Shown piece after piece: positions 55,847-64,000 of a DNA stretch of 64,000 nt (positions are counted from its first letter, which is position 1; every line of letters starts with the position of its first letter). The notes under the pieces are model-generated. The model was not told where the DNA came from. It did no database searches and saw only the letters and a list, made by a program, of their open reading frames with translations. Made by a program: the position numbers and the translations under genes. The DNA comes from an uncultured Sphingomonadaceae bacterium (GTDB lineage: Bacteria > Pseudomonadota > Alphaproteobacteria > Sphingomonadales > Sphingomonadaceae). The stretch spans positions 127 to 64,126 of the forward strand of contig CAYOSE010000003.1 of NCBI GenBank assembly GCA_964406535.1, in the 5' to 3' direction.

Positions 55847-58800
55847 ATGTCATCGTGGCCCATTTCGTCGTGGTTCGTGCCGGCCATCGTTGCGATGGCC
55901 TATGCGGCGCTGCTGTTCTGGATCGCCCATATGGGCGACCGGCGGCCCGTCAGCGATTATTCCAGCCGCTTCGCCCGCCTGACTTTCGGCCTGTCGCTGG
56001 CGGTCTATTGCACCAGTTGGACCTTTTACGGCGCAGTCGGGACGGCGATGGGCGGCGGCCTGCGCTACCTGCCGATCTATCTTGGCCCGGTCATCATGTT
56101 CGTGCTGTTCCCACGCTTCCTTGGCCGGGTGCTGCAATTGGGCAAGGCGCAGCATTCCACCTCGATCGCGGACTTTCTGTCCGCCCGCTATGGCAAGAGC
56201 GCGTGGGTCGCGGCGCTGGTGACGCTGATCGCGCTGTTCGGCGCGCTGCCCTACATGGCCCTGCAGCTCAAATCGGTCAGCCAGACGCTGGCCGCGCTCT
56301 CGCCCGAGATCACCACCTATCTGCGGGCGGAGGAGATCGTGATGGCGGTGGCGGCGACGATGGCGGCCTTTGCGGTGCTTTTCGGCACCGGGCGGCTCGA
56401 CCTGACGCAGCACAATCGCGGGATGGTGCTGGCGATCGCGGCGGAATCGGTGGTCAAGTTCATCGCCATCGGTGCGGTCGCGGCCTTCGCACTGACGCTG
56501 CTGGTGACGGAGACGAGCATTGCCGAGATGCGCGTGACGGCGGCGGCGACCTTCTCATGGGGGCAGATCGATGCGCGCTTCGTCACGCTGACTTTCCTCG
56601 GGGCGATGGCGATCCTGTGCCTGCCGCGCCAGTTCCACATGCTGGTGGTTGAGGCACAGGATGACCGGCTGCGCGGCGCCATGCGCTGGCTGTTTCCGGC
56701 CTATCTGGCGCTGATCTGCGCCGCCGTGGTGCCGGTGGTGCTGGCCGGCGCGGCGCTGATGCCGGGCGGGGCTGCCGCGGATATGCTGATGCTGAGCCTG
56801 CCACAGGCCTATGGCTCCGATATCCTTGCCCTGCTGGCCTTTATCGGCGGGTTTTCGGCAGCGACGGGCATGATCATCGTCACCAGTATCGCGCTGTCGG
56901 GCATGGTCACCAACGACCTGATCGTGCCGGTGTTCTTCCGTGAGCGCCTGCGCCAGCGGGGCGAGCGGCAGCTGGTCGGCCCGGTGCTGATCCTGATCCG
57001 GCGCGTCACGGTCGTGGCGCTGCTGGCGCTGGCCTATCTCTATGTCCGGGCGGTGGGCAGCGGCTCGACGCTGGCAGGGCTTGGCGAGATCGCCTTTGCC
57101 GGGGTCGCGCAATTCGCGCCCGGCCTGCTGCTGGGCCTGACCTGGCACCGGGCCAACCGCATGGGGATGATCGCCGGGTTGATCGGCGGCTTTGCCGGCT
57201 GGCTGTTCCTGCTGGCGGCCCCGGTGCTGGGGCCCGGCACGGTGCCCATTATCCTCGGCGATGACGTGCTCGTCTCTGGCACGGTTCTGAGCCTCGCTGC
57301 CAACACGCTGCTGCTGGTGGTGTTCTCGCTTGCGGGCGAGACCAGCCTTGCCGACCGGGTGCAGGCGCTGGCCTTTGTCGGCCAGCGTCCCGCGCTGCCC
57401 GATCCCGACGATCTGGCGAGCGAGGCGCGCGTGGCCGACTTTCGCCTGCTGCTCGAGCAATTCGTGGGCGAGGAAAGGACCCGCTCGGCCCTGAACGCGC
57501 TGCGGCTGGAAAGCGGGCGCCCCTATCGCGATGCGGACCGGGCCGATGCGACGCTGCGCGATGCCAGCGAGCGGATGATCAGCGCGATCATCGGCAGTTC
57601 CTCGGCCCGCGCGCTGATCCAGTCGACGCTCGAAGGAGACCCGGTGTCGCTCGAACGCGTCGTGGCGATGTTCGACGAGACCTCGCAGAAGCTGCAATTC
57701 GGCGAGCGGCTGCTGCGGATCGCGATCGAGAATATCGACCAGGGCGTGTCGGTGGTCGACAGCGAGCAGCGACTGGTGGCTTGGAATTCGCGCTATGTCG
57801 CCATGTTCGACTATCCGCCCGGCCTGGTCGAGGTAGGCCGACCCATCGCCGACCTGCTGCGCTTCAACATGCGCGCGCTCGATTTCCCGCCCGAGACGAT
57901 CGAGGACGAAGTGGCCAAGCGGCTCGGCTATCTGCGCGCGGGGACGCGGCACAGCACCGAGCGCGTGCTGTCCGACGGGCGGGTGCTGCGTGTGCTGGGC
58001 AATCCGTCGCCCAATGGCGGATATGTCACCAGCTATTCCGACATTACCGCCGACCGCCAGACCGAACAGGCGCTGGAGGCCAAGGTCTACGAACGGACCG
58101 AGCAGCTGCTCCAGTCGAATGCCGCACTGGAAGCCGCGACCCGGTCCAAGACGCGCTTCCTTGCTGCGGCCAGCCACGACCTTGTCCAGCCGCTCAACGC
58201 GGCACGGCTGTTCGCCAGCGCACTGGGCGAGGAGATCGACGGAAAGCGCCCGCGCGAACAGCAATTGCTCGGCCAGATCGACCGCTCGATCCGCACCGCC
58301 GACCGCCTGCTACGCGCGCTGCTCGACGTCTCGCGGCTCGATGGCGGCAAGGTCGAGCTGGAGCGGACGCGCTTCTCGCTCGATCTCGCCTTTGCCGAGA
58401 TGGTCAACGAGTTCGAGGTACAGGCCGAAGCCAAGGGGCTGCAACTGGTCGTCCAGCCGTGCGGGTTGTGGATCGAGACCGATCGCGGGCTGTTCGTGTC
58501 GGTGCTGCAAAACCTCGTTACCAATGCGGTGCGCTATACCGGGCGGGGCAAGGTGCTGGTCGGTGGCAAGAGGCGCGGCGATCAGGTGCAGATCGTCGTC
58601 GCTGACGAGGGACCAGGTATCGCGCCGGAGGATCTCGGGCGCATCTTCGACGAGTTTACCCGGCTGGAGCGCGGCAGCGACGGTGAGGGGCTGGGGCTGG
58701 GCCTCGCCATCGTGAAACGCATTGCGGCAATGCTGGGGACCGAGGTCGTGGTCCAGTCGCAGCCGGGCAAGGGCAGCTGCTTTTCGCTGCAGATGCCGCA

Positions 58801-59224
58801 GGTCGCGCCCGCGCCTGAACCCGCGTCTAGCGAGGATCCCGCGCCGCGCTCCTTAGCGCGCAGCGGCGCGCAGGTGCTGTGCATCGACAATGACCAGCCC
58901 AGCTGCGAGGGGCTGGTGGCGCTGCTGCAACGCTGGGGGCTCGACGCGATCGGGGTGCAGCATCCGGGCGAGATTCCCGCCGACGCCGCGCCCGCGCTGG
59001 TCCTGCTCGATTACCGGCTCGACGACGGCCTGACCGGCGACCGGGCCTGCCCCATGCTGGCCGAAAGGTTCGGCGACCTGCCACCCGTCGTGCTGTTGAC
59101 CGCCGAGGATACGGAGGAGACCGCTGCTGCGGCCAAGGCCATCGGCGCGCAACGGATGATCAAGCCCGCCAATCCGGCGGCACTGCGCGCGCTGATCAAT
59201 GCTTTATTGCAGGTCGACGCCTGA
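55847..59224 (+). CDS. crbS: SLC5-STAC-PAS hybrid sensor histidine kinase (CrbS-like)
   Basis: 1125 aa; N-terminal SSS-like TM domain (SLAVYCTSWTFYG), PAS, KTRFLAAASHDLVQP H-box, GLGLGLAIV, C-terminal receiver. Confidence 0.9.
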   Translation: MSSWPISSWFVPAIVAMAYAALLFWIAHMGDRRPVSDYSSRFARLTFGLSLAVYCTSWTFYGAVGTAMGGGLRYLPIYLGPVIMFVLFPRFLGRVLQLGKAQHSTSIADFLSARYGKSAWVAALVTLIALFGALPYMALQLKSVSQTLAALSPEITTYLRAEEIVMAVAATMAAFAVLFGTGRLDLTQHNRGMVLAIAAESVVKFIAIGAVAAFALTLLVTETSIAEMRVTAAATFSWGQIDARFVTLTFLGAMAILCLPRQFHMLVVEAQDDRLRGAMRWLFPAYLALICAAVVPVVLAGAALMPGGAAADMLMLSLPQAYGSDILALLAFIGGFSAATGMIIVTSIALSGMVTNDLIVPVFFRERLRQRGERQLVGPVLILIRRVTVVALLALAYLYVRAVGSGSTLAGLGEIAFAGVAQFAPGLLLGLTWHRANRMGMIAGLIGGFAGWLFLLAAPVLGPGTVPIILGDDVLVSGTVLSLAANTLLLVVFSLAGETSLADRVQALAFVGQRPALPDPDDLASEARVADFRLLLEQFVGEERTRSALNALRLESGRPYRDADRADATLRDASERMISAIIGSSSARALIQSTLEGDPVSLERVVAMFDETSQKLQFGERLLRIAIENIDQGVSVVDSEQRLVAWNSRYVAMFDYPPGLVEVGRPIADLLRFNMRALDFPPETIEDEVAKRLGYLRAGTRHSTERVLSDGRVLRVLGNPSPNGGYVTSYSDITADRQTEQALEAKVYERTEQLLQSNAALEAATRSKTRFLAAASHDLVQPLNAARLFASALGEEIDGKRPREQQLLGQIDRSIRTADRLLRALLDVSRLDGGKVELERTRFSLDLAFAEMVNEFEVQAEAKGLQLVVQPCGLWIETDRGLFVSVLQNLVTNAVRYTGRGKVLVGGKRRGDQVQIVVADEGPGIAPEDLGRIFDEFTRLERGSDGEGLGLGLAIVKRIAAMLGTEVVVQSQPGKGSCFSLQMPQVAPAPEPASSEDPAPRSLARSGAQVLCIDNDQPSCEGLVALLQRWGLDAIGVQHPGEIPADAAPALVLLDYRLDDGLTGDRACPMLAERFGDLPPVVLLTAEDTEETAAAAKAIGAQRMIKPANPAALRALINALLQVDA

Positions 59225-59851
59225 CGGGTCGCCAACGTCGAGCTGCCTGGCGACCAGCACCGCCTGTGTGCGGTTGGTGACGCCAAGTCGCCGGAAGATC
59301 GCCGTGATATGCGCCTTCACCGTCGCCTCGCTGATATTCATCTCATAGGCGACCTGCTTGTTCAGCAGCCCTTGCGAGACATAACGCAGGATGCGCGTTT
59401 GCGCCGGGGTCAGGCTGGCCAGCCTGGCCGTGATATCGTCTGCGCTATCGCCGCTGCCGGGGCCCGTGCCGGGGAAGGCGAGGTCACCCTCGCTGACCTG
59501 TCGCAGGGCCTCGGTCATGGTGGCCAGCGGGGCAGTCTTGGCGATGAAGCCCGATGCGCCCAGTTCGCGCGCGCCCGCCACGACGCGCGCATCCTCGCTG
59601 GCGGAAATGACCACCACTGGCACCGCCGGGCACAGTTTCCGCAGCTCCATCAGCACGCTCAGCCCGTTACTGTCCTGCATGTGCAGGTCGAGCGTGGCGA
59701 GATCGACATCGCCGGCGAGCATTTCGGCTTTCGCGGCGGCGGCATCCTCCACCTCGACGATGGCATGGCCGGGCCACACCTTCTCCACTGCCGCGCGGAT
59801 TGCGCCGCGCATCAGCGGGTGGTCGTCAGCGATGACAATCCGGCGGGTCAT
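59204..59851 (-). CDS. crbR: LuxR/NarL-family response regulator (CrbR-like)
   Basis: IADDHPLMR, LDLHM, GFIAK, LTPAQTRIL...LNKQVAYEMNISEATVKAH. Confidence 0.88.
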   Translation of the reverse strand: MTRRIVIADDHPLMRGAIRAAVEKVWPGHAIVEVEDAAAAKAEMLAGDVDLATLDLHMQDSNGLSVLMELRKLCPAVPVVVISASEDARVVAGARELGASGFIAKTAPLATMTEALRQVSEGDLAFPGTGPGSGDSADDITARLASLTPAQTRILRYVSQGLLNKQVAYEMNISEATVKAHITAIFRRLGVTNRTQAVLVARQLDVGDPSGVDLQ

Positions 59852-59877
59852 GACCTTTCCGATCCCTTACAGATGCC

Positions 59878-61827
<1,950 letters not shown>

Positions 61828-61904
61828 CCAGGCTTCTCCCATTTTCTGCACGTCGCACAGATCGCTTATCGTGCATGCCTATCCCATGCCTGCGGTCATT
61901 GCCT

Positions 61905-61917
61905 TACGACCTTAGTC
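61905..61917. promoter_or_regulatory. Predicted CrbR box between acs and the porin gene
   Basis: TACGAC-CTTA-GTC, 77 bp upstream of the acs ATG. Confidence 0.65.
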
Positions 61918-61995
61918 TTATAGACCATCCGCTGATAGATAAGTGCCCCGCATATTGCGATTTTCCCGCCCACAAATCGAAAACGATGGGAGGGA

Positions 61996-63420
61996 GTGTT
62001 CGTGGCCAAGGTTATCTCTGGGGTTATCTCTGGAACGCGTCTGGGGAAATATGCCGCCGGTCTGCTGGCGGCCAGCATGCTGGTGCCAGCCATCGCGATG
62101 GCCCAGACGGCCGATGACGAATCGATCGAGGATCGGCTGGACCGGCTGGAGGCGATGATCGTCTCCCTGCAGGAGCAGGTCGCCGGTCAGGCTGCTGCCA
62201 CGCCGCAGCAGGCCGAGGTGGTCAGCCAGCTGAGCACCGCCGTTGCCGAAACCCGCGCCCAGAACGAAGCGCTGGCAACCCAGCAGAGCGTGACCGAAGA
62301 GCGGCTGGCGAAGGTCGAGAAGGATTCGACCAACGGCTTCCGCGTCGGTGACACGACGGTGAAGATCGGCGGCTATGTGAAGCTCGATGGAAAGAGCATC
62401 AGCACCAGCGGCGGCGAATTGCCCAGCGGCAGCGCCGGGCTCGACTTCCTGATCCCGAGCCTCATCCCGGTCGGCGGCAGTTCCTCGGGCTGAGACACGC
62501 ATTTCCATGCGCGCCAGAGCCGTCTGGTCGTCAGCACCAGCACGCCAGTGGGCGACAAGGCCGTGGGCACGCATCTGGAAATGGACTTCATGGTCACCGG
62601 CGGCGGCGACCAACGTGTCTCCAACAGCTACACGCCGCGCATGCGCCAGGCCTTCATCACCTATGACGGCTGGACCTTCGGGCAGGCGTGGTCGAACTTC
62701 CAGAACGTTGCCGCGCTGCCCGACAGCGTGGAGTTCGTCGGGACGATGCCGGGCACGGTCTTCGTGCGCCAGCCCATGATCCGCTACAAGCATGCGAGTG
62801 GCTTCTCCGTCTCGCTGGAGAACCCGGAGACTACGCTGACGAGCAGCACGGGCGGACGGATCCTGCCGACCGACGACCAGATCCCCGACGTGATCGTGCG
62901 CTACGATGGCAAGGGGTTCGCCATTGCCGGGATCGTGCGCCAGCTGAACGCCTCGGACGCGGTCCTGCCGATGGGTTCGGACACGGCCTATGGCTATGGT
63001 GTCAGCGTTTCGGGCCGCATCCCGATCGGCAGCGGCGGCGATGACTTCCGCTTCATGGGGACGGTCGGCGAAGGGCTGGGGCGCTATATGGGCGCCAATA
63101 TCGTGAACGACGCGGCGATCGACGCAAATGGCGAGCTGGACACGATCGCGACCTATTCGGGCTTTGCCGCCTTCCGCCATGTCTGGGGGCCGCGCCTGCG
63201 CTCGAGTGTGGCGGGCAGCTATTTCAAGGCGGACAACCCGGTCGCGCTGACCGGCACCTCGCCAACGGATGAGGTCTGGAACGTGCTCGGCAACGTGATC
63301 TACACGCCGGTGCCCAAGCTCGATCTGGGGCTGGAGTACATGTATGCTGAACGCACCAACGAAGCTGGCCTCAGCGGCAATTTGCAGCAGGTCCAGGTGA
63401 TGGCCAAATATAGTTTCTGA
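61996..63420 (+). pseudogene. DcaP-family trimeric outer-membrane porin with an in-frame TGA at 62491-62493
   Basis: ORFs 61996-62493 and 62548-63420 share a frame; read-through gives GGSSSG*DTHFHARQSRL; signal peptide, coiled coil, KIGGYVKLD, RMRQAF, GQAWSNF, C-terminal AKYSF. Confidence 0.82.
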
Positions 63421-63458
63421 TTTTTGCTCCACTCACGTGGAGGCGGCACCTGCCCACG

Positions 63459-63507
63459 CCCCCACCCGACCTCCCAAGGTTCACCCTATCGGGAGGTTGG
63501 GTGGGGG
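63459..63507. repeat. REP-like palindrome
   Basis: CCCCCACCCGACCTCCC (63459-63475)/GGGAGGTTGGGTGGGGG (63491-63507), 17-bp stem with one G-T pair. Confidence 0.6.
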
Positions 63508-63607
63508 AGCGGGCCGGAGCCGCACCGGTTTCAGTGTAACTGAAACAAGATGTACGGGTGGTCCCGGATGGGGCCGCCCCATGAGCTTGAAAAGGGCAGG
63601 AGGAAGC

Positions 63608-64000
63608 ATGTCGTTTGCAGATGTCGTCGCACGGGCCGAGAGTGATGCGGAAGGCTTCTGGCTGGAGGCGGCCAAAGGGCTGGACTGGGCGAAGTTCCCC
63701 CAGATCCCGCACGACCGGGAAAACGACATCTGGTTCCCCGATGGCGAGCTCAACACCTGCTTCAATGCCGTCGACCGCCATGTCGAGGCGGGACGAGGCG
63801 ATGCACCCGCGCTGATCTATGAAAGCCCCATCACGGGATACGCGGCCACCTACAGCTTCGCCGAACTGCAGGAGCGTGTCGCGCGCACGGCGGGCATGAT
63901 CGCGGCGACTGGCGTCAGCAAGGGCGACCGTGTCATCATCTACATGCCGATGGTGCCCGAGGCGGTCTTCGCCATGCTCGCCTGCGCCCGGATCGGGGCA
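63608..64000 (+). CDS. Propionyl-CoA synthetase-like acyl-CoA ligase (partial)
   Basis: ATG with AGGAGG RBS; [51 protein letters not shown]; runs off the window. Confidence 0.85.
   Translation, partial: MSFADVVARAESDAEGFWLEAAKGLDWAKFPQIPHDRENDIWFPDGELNTCFNAVDRHVEAGRGDAPALIYESPITGYAATYSFAELQERVARTAGMIAATGVSKGDRVIIYMPMVPEAVFAMLACARIGA

Noticed and set aside
53890-55887. 665-aa minus-strand ORF (likewise 56555-58264, 60034-61923, 61918-63432, 51345-52901, 49380-50177, 47880-49298, 39576-40814, 35331-36671)
   Set aside because: Antisense shadows of well-supported genes in high-GC DNA; no recognisable motifs
62491-62493. Selenocysteine recoding of the porin TGA
   Set aside because: Context suggests Trp rather than Cys, no convincing SECIS hairpin is recognised, and porins are not known selenoproteins

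Overview
GC-rich alphaproteobacterial chromosome window (Sphingomonadales, probably Erythrobacteraceae; inferred from gene content) with four parts. (1) 1-1162: a partial NDUFA9-family gene and tRNA-Leu(CAG). (2) 1143-33684: a ~32.5 kb integrative mobilizable element (IME) in the tRNA 3' end, bounded by attL/attR repeats. It carries a P4-type tyrosine integrase, AlpA, MobF relaxase, T4CP, an RHH accessory protein and an oriT whose core matches the F-plasmid nic sequence, but no T4SS genes. Its cargo is mostly known or putative defence: an Mza-like GHKL-Z1-DUF4420-AIPR operon with Dcm/Vsr, an MmeI-type RM enzyme with two more nucleases, a DUF4209-like HEPN protein, a GSU2403-like NTase and several unannotated modules. 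The most notable unannotated modules are a RexAB/Kiwa-like soluble + 4-TM pair and an acidic protein + PD-(D/E)XK nuclease pair. (3) 33785-51378: an aromatic catabolism block with phthalate 4,5-dioxygenase pathway genes (ophA2/B/C-like, MarR, extra nadC), beta-oxidation-type genes and a TonB receptor-GST-SDR-EthD-SDR-GST-NmrA cluster. It ends at an apparent deletion junction. (4) 51378-64000: the acetate utilisation locus (truncated DUF294/CBS gene, exonuclease, DUF4212, actP, crbS/crbR, acs, a DcaP-like porin with an in-frame TGA, and a partial prpE-like gene) with two predicted CrbR boxes. All family assignments come from motif recognition by eye; no database searches were run.
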